Program-made: the position numbers and the translations under genes
Origin: Chloroflexota bacterium
GTDB lineage: Bacteria > Chloroflexota > Anaerolineae > JAAEKA01
Direction: 5' to 3'
Assembly: GCA_029558955.1 (NCBI GenBank)
Contig: JAKQCW010000180.1
Location: 1,759 to 65,758 of the forward strand
Length of the DNA: 64,000 nt
Shown: one piece after another, positions 55,281 to 64,000 of the stretch
How positions within the stretch are numbered: the stretch's first letter is position 1
How the letters are laid out: each line of letters starts with the position of its first letter
The notes under the pieces: generated by a model
What the model saw: the letters and a program-made list of their open reading frames with translations, nothing else
Databases searched by the model: none
Told to the model about the DNA's origin: nothing

Positions 55281-55440
55281 AGCGTCCTCCTTGACGTGGA
55301 AAAGCAGCCGGAGCAGCGGCTGTGGCAGGATCGTTCGATCATGTGCAATTTAGCACGCTTGACGCGATGTGTCAAACGCACGATCTGCTGCGCAGCCATG
55401 CCGCCGTCTGAGGAAGGGCGACGCGGGTTCGCGGCGCCGG

Positions 55441-55558
55441 CAGCCCCTGCCAGGACGCGGAGGCGAGGCTTATGCCGGGCTTGATCGGTGCGAATCGCGC
55501 GCCCGACCGGCCGAAAGGCTCGACTCCGTGTTGTCAGCCATCACCTCTGGAACTCCTG
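55441..55558. mobile_element. Degenerate MITE-core remnant
   Basis: GGAGGCGAGGCTTATGCCGGG...CCGGCCGAAAGGCTCGACTCC and a TCTGGAACTCCTG end. No clear target duplication. Confidence 0.45.
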
Positions 55559-55575
55559 GCGCAGCTCTGTTGGAC

Positions 55576-55604
55576 TTGCTCCACGCGATGCAGGGTGCTA
55601 TAAT
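55576..55604 (+). promoter_or_regulatory. Promoter for lepB
   Basis: TTGCTC-17-TATAAT with extended -10 TG. Confidence 0.65.
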
Positions 55605-55637
55605 GTCGCCAACTCTGAAGAAAGGCTATCGATCAGC

Positions 55638-56327
55638 GTGGCATTGGACACACAGCAGCCCGACATGCCAGCGGCAAGCGCTTCACCTCCCCCCTACAAC
55701 GCCTCATGGGAATCGGGTGAACCGGGGCCAGCCGCGCCCTGGTCGGGCGAACCTGCCCCGGAAAAGGCGAACCCCAGCCCCGGCTGGCGGCCGGTGCTGC
55801 GCGAGATCGTCGAAACCGTCGTACTGACGCTGGTGATCTTCCTGCTGGTGCGCACGGTGATCCAGAATTTCCGCGTGGAGGGGATGAGCATGGAGCCCAA
55901 CTTCCACGACGGGCAGTTCCTGCTGATCAACAAGCTGGCCTATCGCCTGGGCGAGCCGGCGCGCGGCGATGTGATCGTCTTCCGCTACCCGTTGGATCCC
56001 AGCCGCGATTTCATCAAGCGCGTCATCGGACTGCCGGGCGAGACGGTGGAGATTCGCAACGGCCAGGTGTTGATCAACAACCAACCCATCTCCGACCCAG
56101 CCACGGTCAACAACGCCAACTACAACATGGCGCCGGTCACCCTGGGCCCGGAGGAGATGTTCGTCCTGGGCGACAACCGTCCCAACTCCAGCGATTCCCA
56201 TAGCTGGGGCACCCTGCCGACCGACCATGTGATCGGCAAGGTGGTGCTCTCCTACTGGCCCCCGTCCGACTGGGGTCTGATCCGCCATGGCATGGCCGAC
56301 CCCGGCTTTCACCCTGCCGGCGACTGA
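55638..56327 (+). CDS. lepB: Signal peptidase I
   Basis: VEGMSMEPNF (Ser), DFIKRVIGLPGE (Lys), GDNRPNSSDS. Start GTG 55638 is approximate. Confidence 0.95.
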   Translation: MALDTQQPDMPAASASPPPYNASWESGEPGPAAPWSGEPAPEKANPSPGWRPVLREIVETVVLTLVIFLLVRTVIQNFRVEGMSMEPNFHDGQFLLINKLAYRLGEPARGDVIVFRYPLDPSRDFIKRVIGLPGETVEIRNGQVLINNQPISDPATVNNANYNMAPVTLGPEEMFVLGDNRPNSSDSHSWGTLPTDHVIGKVVLSYWPPSDWGLIRHGMADPGFHPAGD

Positions 56328-56471
56328 CCAACAACCGCTCGGGCCGGTCTCCGACCGTGCCCGCAGTCTCTTACCGACGGTTTGCGCAACGCACGACGAC
56401 TGACCAACAACCGCTCGGGCCGGTCTCCGACCGTGCCCGCAGTCTCTTACCGACGGTCTGCGCAACGCACA
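56321..56471. repeat. 76-bp duplication containing a family B core
   Basis: CGACTGACCAACAACCGCTCGGGCCGGTCTCCGACCGTGCCCG at 56321 and 56397. First copy includes the lepB stop. Confidence 0.85.
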
Positions 56472-56483
56472 CAGATATCTGAC

Positions 56484-57233
56484 ATGGCGACGACTCCCAA
56501 CGAAACCCAGGTGCGTGAGCTGGTTCGCTCGACCCTGGTGCGCCTGCTGCCTGAGCTGGCCGCGCCGGCGAGCGGCCAGAGCGGCGGTTCACCGGCCGCC
56601 TCCCAGCCGGCGCGCCCAGTGATCGACGCCGGCGCCGTGGCCCAGGCCGCACCCGGCTCGACGCTGGACATCCCCCCCGGCGCGCTGGTGACGCCGCTGG
56701 CCCGCGAGCTGGCGCTGGAGCGCAAGATCACCCTGGGTGCTGCCCTGCCGCTGCCGCCGGCGAAGAGCGCCGGGCAGCAGACCATCGCCCTGGGCGCGGA
56801 TCATGGCGGCTATGGATTGAAGGAGCAGCTCAAGCCGTTGTTGACCAAATTGGGCTGGCAGGTGGCCGACTGCGGCTGTCACAGCGCGGAGAGCGTGGAT
56901 TATCCCGACTACGCCTTCATTGTAGCGCGCATGGTGGCCGAGGGCCGCGCCCGCTGGGGGATCATGATCGACGGCGCAGGCATCGGCTCCTGCATGACCG
57001 CCAACAAGGTGCCCGGCGTGCGAGCGGCCATGTGCTACGATCAGGCCACGGCCGTCAACAGCCGCGCCCACAACCACGCCAACGTCCTGACCCTCGGCGC
57101 CGGCCTGATCGGTCCCGCCCTGGCCCAACAGATCGTCGAAACCTGGCTGGCCACCCCCTTCGGCCCCGACCGCCACGCGAAACGGGTCGAGAAGATCATG
57201 CAGATTGAGAGAAGGTTCGTGCGTAACTCGTAA
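56484..57233 (+). CDS. rpiB: RpiB/LacAB-family sugar-phosphate isomerase with N-terminal encapsulation-peptide-like extension
   Basis: GADHGGY, SVDYPDY, ANKVPGVRA, HNHANVL, RHAKRVEKI. Extension QVRELVRSTLVRLL and VTPLARE. Confidence 0.9.
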   Translation: MATTPNETQVRELVRSTLVRLLPELAAPASGQSGGSPAASQPARPVIDAGAVAQAAPGSTLDIPPGALVTPLARELALERKITLGAALPLPPAKSAGQQTIALGADHGGYGLKEQLKPLLTKLGWQVADCGCHSAESVDYPDYAFIVARMVAEGRARWGIMIDGAGIGSCMTANKVPGVRAAMCYDQATAVNSRAHNHANVLTLGAGLIGPALAQQIVETWLATPFGPDRHAKRVEKIMQIERRFVRNS

Positions 57234-57398
57234 CCCGGAATGACGGAGAGAGTCTCTGGGCTGCGTAACTCGTGACACGCAACCCGAATTTGCGGAGAAA
57301 ATCTCCGGGTTACGAGTTACGAGTTACGAGTTACCGACCGCAAACCACACATCCCACATCACACACGCATTACGCATCACGCATTACGCATCACGAAT
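57221..57398. repeat. Heptamer-arm elements between rpiB and deoC
   Basis: GCGTAACTCGTAACCCGG...CCGGGTTACGAG(TTACGAG)n...(TTACGCA/TCACGCA)n. Confidence 0.8.
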
Positions 57399-57402
57399 CA
57401 CT

Positions 57403-58278
57403 ATGCCCTCAACCAACTACTCTCTGGACCAACTGGTCGATATCATTACCCGCGAGGTGCTGAAGGTTTATCCTGGCGGCGGGCAGTCTTGCTCCGGCTG
57501 CGGGCAGGGCTGCGAGGGCAACTGCGCGGTCAACTGCCCTGACCGCTGCCGGGATGTGGTGCAGGCCGGCGCGGACCGGCTGAGCGCCCGCCTGGGCGCC
57601 GGCCAGGTGCCGGCCGACCTGGCGCGCATGATCGATCACACGCTGCTCAAGCCGGACGCCAGCCGCGCCGAGATCGTCAAGCTGTGCGACGAAGCGCGCG
57701 CCAACAGCTTCGCCACCGTCTGTGTCAACCCGGCCTGGGTGCCGCTCTGCGCCGACCTGCTGCGGGGCAGCCCGGTCAAGGTCTGCACCGTGGTGGGCTT
57801 TCCCCTGGGCGCGACCCTGCCCGAGGTCAAGGCCTTCGAGACGGAGCGAGCCATCGCCGGCGGCGCCAGCGAGATCGACATGGTGCAGAACATCGGCGCG
57901 CTCAAGTCGCACGATTACAAGCTGGTGGCCGACGATGTGGCCGCGGTGGTGCGCGCGGCCCACGCCCGCCAGGCCAGCGTCAAGGTGATCATCGAAGCGG
58001 CGCTGCTGAGCGACGAGGAGAAGGTCGAGAGCTGCACCATCGCCCTGGCCGCCGGCGCAGATTATGTCAAAACATCCACCGGCTTCGCCTCCGGCGGCGC
58101 CACCGCGGCCGATGTGGCGTTGATGCGCCAGGTGGTAGGGCCGGGCGTCGGCGTCAAGGCGGCCGGCGGCATCCGCTCCGGCAAGGACGCCCAAGCCATG
58201 ATCGCGGCTGGCGCCACCCGTTTGGGCGCCAGCGCGGGCATCAAGATCATCAAAGAGGTCGCAGGAGGCCCGGCATGA
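57403..58278 (+). CDS. deoC: Deoxyribose-phosphate aldolase with N-terminal encapsulation peptide and Cys-rich linker
   Basis: [48 protein letters not shown]. Confidence 0.95.
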   Translation: MPSTNYSLDQLVDIITREVLKVYPGGGQSCSGCGQGCEGNCAVNCPDRCRDVVQAGADRLSARLGAGQVPADLARMIDHTLLKPDASRAEIVKLCDEARANSFATVCVNPAWVPLCADLLRGSPVKVCTVVGFPLGATLPEVKAFETERAIAGGASEIDMVQNIGALKSHDYKLVADDVAAVVRAAHARQASVKVIIEAALLSDEEKVESCTIALAAGADYVKTSTGFASGGATAADVALMRQVVGPGVGVKAAGGIRSGKDAQAMIAAGATRLGASAGIKIIKEVAGGPA

Positions 58279-58562
58279 CCTTCCCTTCCACCGGCGCCGC
58301 CGCCAACCCCGACCGTGTCGGCGATCTGGCCATCCTGCTGGGGCACGCCATGCAGTGCGAGCCCTGCCGCGAGCGCCTGCTGGCCGCGCCGGAGCGGGCC
58401 ACGGTGGGTCGCAAGCTCAGCGCGGAGCAGCGGCAGCGTTTGCTGGCGCTGACCAACGAGGATTTCGAGAACATGGAGCTGCTGGCGCAGGCCTCGGGTC
58501 TTGACCAGCAAGAGCTACGCGAGGGCATCGACCACCCGCGCGCCCGCCTGCGCCATCTGTAA
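58275..58562 (+). CDS. 95-aa protein resembling the NHLP/Nif11-related (Os1348/Franean1_4349-like) helical fold, with CxxC
   Basis: ATG after GGAGG overlapping the deoC stop (ATGA). [29 protein letters not shown]. Not called at this start in the ORF track. Confidence 0.7.
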   Translation: MTFPSTGAAANPDRVGDLAILLGHAMQCEPCRERLLAAPERATVGRKLSAEQRQRLLALTNEDFENMELLAQASGLDQQELREGIDHPRARLRHL

Positions 58563-58599
58563 TGACAGGACTGACCGTCCTCCGAGAAAGGATCCCCCT

Positions 58600-59235
58600 G
58601 TGAGCGTCGATCTGCGTTCCTACGTTTTTCTGGATAGCCTGCAGCCGCAGCATGCGGCGTTTCTGGGCACCGTGGCGCGCGGCTTCTTGCCCCTGCCCTA
58701 CGACGCCTCGCTTTGGATCGAGATCTCCCCCGGCATCGAGATCAACCGCATCACCGACATCGCGCTCAAGGCCACGCGCGTGCGGCCGGGCATGCAGATC
58801 GTCGAGCGGCGCTACGGCCTGCTGGAGGTCCACTCCGAGTCGCAGGCTGAGACGCGCGCGGCTGGCGCGGCCATTCTGGAGGCGCTGGGGCTGGCCGAAG
58901 CCAACCGCATGCGGCCGCGCATCCTCTCCAGCCAGATCATCCGCAACATCGACGCCCACCAGGTGCAGTTGATCAACCGCATGCGCCATGGCCACATGCT
59001 GCTGGCCGGCCAAACGCTCTACGTGCTGGAGGTGGAACCGGCCGGCTACGCCGCGCTGGCGGCCAACGAGGCTGAAAAGCGGGCCAACATCAACATTCTG
59101 GAAGTCATGGCCTTCGGCGCCTTTGGCCGCGTCTACCTGGGCGGCGACGAGCGCGACATCATGGCCGGCTACGGCGCCGCCGTGGCCGCGCTGGAAGGGG
59201 TCAGCGGACGCGACCCCGGCGGCGCCAGCGACTGA
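58600..59235 (+). CDS. BMC-T shell protein, stacking trimer (CcmP/CsoS1D-like)
   Basis: [68 protein letters not shown]. Confidence 0.92.
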   Translation: MSVDLRSYVFLDSLQPQHAAFLGTVARGFLPLPYDASLWIEISPGIEINRITDIALKATRVRPGMQIVERRYGLLEVHSESQAETRAAGAAILEALGLAEANRMRPRILSSQIIRNIDAHQVQLINRMRHGHMLLAGQTLYVLEVEPAGYAALAANEAEKRANINILEVMAFGAFGRVYLGGDERDIMAGYGAAVAALEGVSGRDPGGASD

Positions 59236-59244
59236 CCGGTGCGT

Positions 59245-59605
59245 CGTAACACGTAATGCGTAATGCGTAATGCGTAACCCGGAATCTCGGACAGACGGAA
59301 GTCGTTTCCGGATTACGCATTACTCGTTACTCGTTACTCATCTCCGGAATCTCGGACAAACAGAAGTCCTTTCCGGATTACGCATTACTCGTTACTCGTT
59401 ACTCATCCCCGGAATCTCGGACAAACGGAAGTCGTTTCCGGATTACGCATTACTCGTTACTCGTTACTCATCCCCCAGAATTTCGCCCAAACAGAAGTCC
59501 TTTCCGGATTACGCATTACTCGTTACTCGTTACTCATCCCCCAGAATCTCGCCCAAACAGAAGTCCTTTCCGGGTTACGAGTTACGAGTTACGCATTACT
59601 CATCC
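59245..59605. repeat. Five 65-66-bp tandem units with heptamer arms between BMC-T and BMC-H
   Basis: Units at 59279, 59344, 59409, 59475 and 59541: CC(G/A)GAAT..GAAGTC.TTTCCGGATTACGCATTACTCGTTACTCG. Confidence 0.9.
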
Positions 59606-59638
59606 CCCATCCCATTTCAAACACAAGGAGTACTCCTC

Positions 59639-59932
59639 ATGGCTGAAGCACTAGGCATGATCGAAACCAAAGGATTTGCCGCCATGGTCGAGGCCTCGGA
59701 CGCGATGGTCAAGGCGGCCAAGGTCGAGCTGGTTGGCTACGAAAAGATCGGCGGCGGCTATGTGACCGCCATCGTGCGCGGCGACGTGGCGGCTGTCAAG
59801 GCCGCGGTGGAAGCTGGCGTGCGCGGGGCCGAAAAGGTCGGCGAGGTGGTCTCGGTCCACGTCATCCCGCGGCCGCACAGCAACGTCGACCAGGTGTTGC
59901 CCCTGGGACGCCAGGGCGACGCAGAGGGATAG
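59639..59932 (+). CDS. BMC-H hexameric shell protein (PduA/EutM/CcmK-like)
   Basis: [43 protein letters not shown]. Confidence 0.96.
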   Translation: MAEALGMIETKGFAAMVEASDAMVKAAKVELVGYEKIGGGYVTAIVRGDVAAVKAAVEAGVRGAEKVGEVVSVHVIPRPHSNVDQVLPLGRQGDAEG

Positions 59933-59937
59933 AGGCC

Positions 59938-60480
59938 ATGCAGAACATCTGGCGCGATCTGCGCACGGGGCCTGACGCCCCGGACACGATCTATGTCATT
60001 GTCGAGATCCCCAAGGGCTCGCGCAATAAATACGAATACCAGAAGGCCAACGGCGTGATCTTTCTCGATCGCGTCCTCTACTCCTCCATGGTCTATCCCG
60101 GCGACTACGGCCTGATTCCGCGCACCTTCTACGAGGACGGCGACCCGCTGGACATCATCGTGATGGTCAACGAGCCGACCTTCCCCGGCTGTATCATCCA
60201 GGCGCGGCCCATCGGCATCTTCCGCATGTTGGACCGCGACCAGGAGGACGCCAAGATCCTGGCCGTGCCGGCCACCGATCCAGGCTTCAATGAATACCAT
60301 GATCTGAGCGACGTGCCGCAGAGCTTCCTGAATGAGGTCGCGCACTTCTTCGAGGTCTACAAGGACCTGGAGGGTCAGCGCACCAAGCCCATCGGCTGGG
60401 AAAACGCCGCCGCGGCCAAGGCCGAGATCATGCGCTCGGTGGCGCTCTATCAGGAACGCTTTGGCCTGAAGGAGCTCTAG
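59938..60480 (+). CDS. ppa: Family I inorganic pyrophosphatase
   Basis: EIPKGSRNKYEY, DRVL, YGLIP, DGDPLD, FFEVYKDLE. Confidence 0.95.
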   Translation: MQNIWRDLRTGPDAPDTIYVIVEIPKGSRNKYEYQKANGVIFLDRVLYSSMVYPGDYGLIPRTFYEDGDPLDIIVMVNEPTFPGCIIQARPIGIFRMLDRDQEDAKILAVPATDPGFNEYHDLSDVPQSFLNEVAHFFEVYKDLEGQRTKPIGWENAAAAKAEIMRSVALYQERFGLKEL

Positions 60481-60482
60481 CT

Positions 60483-61189
<707 letters not shown>

Positions 61190-61193
<4 letters not shown>

Positions 61194-61345
61194 TGCGTAA
61201 TGCGTAATGCGTAACCGGAAAGGTCTGTTGCCGTATGGGAATTGGCTCTGGGTTACGGGTTACGGGTTACGGGCTCCGGGCTCTGAGCTCCGGGTTACGG
61301 GTTACGAGTTACGAGTTACGAGTTACGGGTTTCAGGCTCCGAGTT
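61190..61345. repeat. Heptamer-arm palindrome between MBL and eutN
   Basis: (GTAATGC)3GTAACCGG...(GTTACGG/GTTACGA)n. The MBL stop is its first TAA. Confidence 0.85.
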
Positions 61346-61380
61346 ACAGGCCACTCTTCACGTTTCACCAAGAGGCTCCC

Positions 61381-61674
61381 ATGCTAATCGGCAAAGTCGT
61401 TGGCGCCGTCGTTTCTACGGCGAAAGATGAAAAGATGCAGAGCCTGCGCCTGATGGTGGTGCGCACCATGACCGTCGACGGCCAGGAGGGAAGCGGCTAT
61501 GTGGTAGCCGTGGACGCGGTCGGCTCCGGCGTGGGCGAGGTGGTGCTCTACGCCAGCGGCTCCTCCGCGCGCCAGACCATCCTGACCGACAAGCGCCCGG
61601 TGGACGCGGTGATCATGGCCATCGTCGACACCTGGGATGTAGATGGGCAGGTGCAGTATCAAAAATCAGGCTGA
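61381..61674 (+). CDS. eutN: BMC-P vertex protein (EutN/CcmL family)
   Basis: MLIGKVVGAVVST, VAVDAVGSGVGEVVL, GSSAR, PVDAVIMAIVD. Confidence 0.95.
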   Translation: MLIGKVVGAVVSTAKDEKMQSLRLMVVRTMTVDGQEGSGYVVAVDAVGSGVGEVVLYASGSSARQTILTDKRPVDAVIMAIVDTWDVDGQVQYQKSG

Positions 61675-61773
61675 CCAGATGCAGGCTGGTCAGATGAAGG
61701 CTGCCTCGGCGCCAGGCGCAGTCAATCGCCGACCAAAGCGTCCCTCGCCAGCAACATCACTCCGCCAACCGCG

Positions 61774-62048
61774 GGTTGAGTAGCGGGTTGAGGTGCGCTG
61801 ACTCGCATGAGGAAGGCGGATTCCAGCGTATCGAAACCCCGGAAGGTCTCGATACGCCGCAGACGGCTACTCGACCAACGGGCGAGGGTCTCGATACGCC
61901 GCAGACGGCTACTCGACCAGCGGGCGAGGGTCTCGATACGCCGCAGCCGGCTACTCGACCAACGGGCGAGGGTCTCGATACGCCGCAGCCGGCTACTCGA
62001 CCAACGGGCGAGGGTCTCGATACGCCGCAGCCGGCTACTCGACCAACG
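61774..62048. repeat. Family A 65-bp variant plus 5 x 42-bp tandem
   Basis: GGTCTCGATACGCCGCAG(A/C)CGGCTACTCGACCA at 61845, 61887, 61929, 61971 and 62013. Last copy holds the GH20 stop. Confidence 0.9.
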
Positions 62049-63624
62049 GATGGAAGTTGACACCCAGCGCCTCCAGCCGCGCCGCGTGACCGGCCAGGCG
62101 GACGCGGTACTCCTTCCACGATCTGCCCGCGGCCGGCGACCAGCCGATCTCGGCGATGCCCAGCAGACGGGGGAAGACCAGGTACTCCAGCTCCTCCAGC
62201 GTACGCACGGTCTCCGTCCAGAGCGGCGCCTCGACGCCCAGAATTGCGCTTTCCGCGATGCCGGGCTGGACAGCGGCGGGATCCCAACTGTAGGCCTTTT
62301 CGACGCTGACGTTGCCGGCCCAGTTCAGGCCCAGCGCGGTCGTGTCGTCGTATTTCATGTCCAGATAGCTGTGAGCGGCCGGCGACATGATCACCTGCGC
62401 GCCCTGGCTGGCCGCGTGGGCGGCCATCTCATCGTGCCAATGCTGCACCGCCGAGCCGGGGGCCAGCTCGATGCGCGCGGCCTCTTCCCAGGCCAGCATC
62501 TGTTTGCCGTGGGCCTGGACAATCTGCTGCACCCGGGTCATGAAGCGCACATAGTCGGCCTCGGGCGTGCTGAGCGCTTCGTCGCCGCCGACGTGGATGA
62601 ATGGCCCCGGTGTCAGCGCGGCCACCTCGCGGATCACGTCGTCCACGAACTGGTAGGTGATCTCCTTGTCGATGCAGAGCGAGCTGAAGCCCACCCCGAT
62701 GTCGGTGTACAGGTCGGGGGCTGTCCCGTCGCAGTTCAGCTCCGGATATGAGGCCAGCGCGGCGTTGGTGTGGCCCGGCAGGTCGATCTCCGGCACGACA
62801 TCGATGTAGCGGCTGGCCGCGTAGGCCACCAGCCCGGCGTACTCAGCCTGGGTGAAATAGCCGCCCGGGTCGCCGTCCACGGCCATGCTGCCGCCCACCT
62901 CCGCCAGCCGCGGCCACGATTCGATCATCAGACGCCAGCCCTGGTCGTCGGTCAGGTGCAGGTGCAGCCGGTTCAGCTTGTAGAGCGCCATCAGATCGAT
63001 CAGGCGCTTGACATCTTCCACCCCTCCGGCCGGGAAGTGGCGCGCCACGTCCAGCATCATGCCGCGCCAGCCAAAGCGCGGCGCGTCGCGAATCACGACG
63101 GTGGGGATTGTCCAGTCTGCCAGGTTGACATCTTGCGCAGATCTGCCAGCCTGGCCCTCCAACTCAGCCGGCAGAAGCTGGCGCAGGGTCTGCACGCCGT
63201 AGAACAGGCCGGCCGGCCGGTTGGCGGCGATGACGACGCCCTCCGGGGTCACGGTGAGCTGGTAGCCCTCGGCGCCCAGGCTGGCATCGGCGCCGCTCAG
63301 GGTCAGGGCAATGGCGCCGGCCCGCGGCGCGGCAGCCGTCGTCACGGGCAGCTCCCAGCCGCCGGCCGCGCCCAGCCAGCCGGCCAGATAGCCGCCGATG
63401 GCAGCCAGCTCGTCGTTGTTCGCATCGATGGTGATCGTCGTGTTGTCTGTCAGGGTGAACGCGGCGCCGGTTTCAACCGCTGAGACCGGCAGAGGAATGA
63501 TGGGATTCATGAGAGGTACTTTCATAGCTTCGAAGGGCGGCGGCGGAGGGGCTTGGCAACCTGCTGCCAAAAGGAGGAAGGCCAGCAGCGCTGCTGCGCT
63601 GACCGGGAATCGTGGGCGGATCAT
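62035..63624 (-). CDS. Beta-N-acetylhexosaminidase (GH20), probable lipoprotein
   Basis: PRFGWRGMMLDVARHF, HLHLTDDQGWR, PEIDLPGH, HVGGDE, lipobox AAGC. Confidence 0.95.
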   Translation of the reverse strand: MIRPRFPVSAAALLAFLLLAAGCQAPPPPPFEAMKVPLMNPIIPLPVSAVETGAAFTLTDNTTITIDANNDELAAIGGYLAGWLGAAGGWELPVTTAAAPRAGAIALTLSGADASLGAEGYQLTVTPEGVVIAANRPAGLFYGVQTLRQLLPAELEGQAGRSAQDVNLADWTIPTVVIRDAPRFGWRGMMLDVARHFPAGGVEDVKRLIDLMALYKLNRLHLHLTDDQGWRLMIESWPRLAEVGGSMAVDGDPGGYFTQAEYAGLVAYAASRYIDVVPEIDLPGHTNAALASYPELNCDGTAPDLYTDIGVGFSSLCIDKEITYQFVDDVIREVAALTPGPFIHVGGDEALSTPEADYVRFMTRVQQIVQAHGKQMLAWEEAARIELAPGSAVQHWHDEMAAHAASQGAQVIMSPAAHSYLDMKYDDTTALGLNWAGNVSVEKAYSWDPAAVQPGIAESAILGVEAPLWTETVRTLEELEYLVFPRLLGIAEIGWSPAAGRSWKEYRVRLAGHAARLEALGVNFHPLVE

Positions 63625-64000
63625 GGCCCGGTGGAGAGGCCAAAGCCAGCCGGAAAGAGCGGCGCATTGAGGTCGGCGGCCGGGCCCTCAGTCGTCGTCA
63701 CCCCCGCCGCGCCCGGCAACTGATCGACCGAGGCCGGCCAGGTGTAGGGCAGAACGCCGTCGATGGGGGCATGGCCAAAGAGACCATCGGCCACGCCGGC
63801 CCCCTCGCTGCCCGGCAGCCAGGCTACCAGCACGGCATCGGTCAGCGGCAGCAGCTCGACAATGTCCACCGGCCGGCCAGCCAGCACGATCAACACCAGC
63901 CGTCGCGAGCTGGCGCGCAGGCGCTGCACCATGGCCAGATCCTCATCGGGCAGCGCCAGGTCGGACGAATCGCCCACCCCCTCGGCGTAGGGACGTTCGG
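63621..64000 (-). CDS. GH3 beta-glucosidase-type enzyme, C-terminal part (start outside window)
   Basis: VLAGRP, AWLPGSEGAGVADGLFG, G.LP.TWP, PLFPAGFGL. ATGA overlap with GH20. Confidence 0.88.
   Translation of the reverse strand, partial: ERPYAEGVGDSSDLALPDEDLAMVQRLRASSRRLVLIVLAGRPVDIVELLPLTDAVLVAWLPGSEGAGVADGLFGHAPIDGVLPYTWPASVDQLPGAAGVTTTEGPAADLNAPLFPAGFGLSTGP

Noticed and set aside
59279-59605. CRISPR array (65-66-bp period, repeat-plus-spacer size)
   Set aside because: The would-be spacers are near-identical to each other and the would-be repeat is a heptamer microsatellite. No leader or cas genes.
61381-64000. Functional link between the GH20/GH3 genes and the BMC
   Set aside because: They are convergent, separated by repeats, and there are no GlcNAc catabolic genes in the BMC operon. 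Adjacency alone is not evidence.

Overview
GC-rich bacterial chromosome segment. Gene content, Pro/Thr-rich secreted proteins and intergenic heptamer repeats suggest Chloroflexota (Anaerolineae/Caldilineae-like); this is an inference. About 62 real CDSs can be separated from many GC-driven shadow ORFs. Housekeeping genes: rpsT, lgt, birA, mfd, pth, thiolase, lepB, ppa. Main modules: (1) glycan/glycolipid genes (polyprenol-P-mannose synthase, a YfhO/GT-C-Wzx flippase fusion, an acyltransferase, three GT39-like enzymes); (2) a variant System I cytochrome c maturation cluster (CxxxY CcmE, no ccmF/ccmH in the window, an embedded diheme cytochrome, enlarged CcdA) next to a BlaI-M56 peptidase-triple-DsbA operon; (3) an esterase-esterase-ATP-grasp-ATP-grasp cluster; (4) a coiled-coil/membrane-SH3/Rab-like small GTPase/histidine kinase operon; (5) a sugar-phosphate-type bacterial microcompartment locus (RpiB, DeoC, BMC-T, BMC-H, EutN) with unusual cargo and no aldehyde dehydrogenase. 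Intergenic DNA is dense with at least five repeat families, including a MITE with 17-bp TIRs and a 9-bp target duplication, and repeats that supply the stop codons of several genes. I found no rRNA, tRNA, CRISPR array, cas gene or transposase. All product calls come from motif recognition by eye, not database searches.
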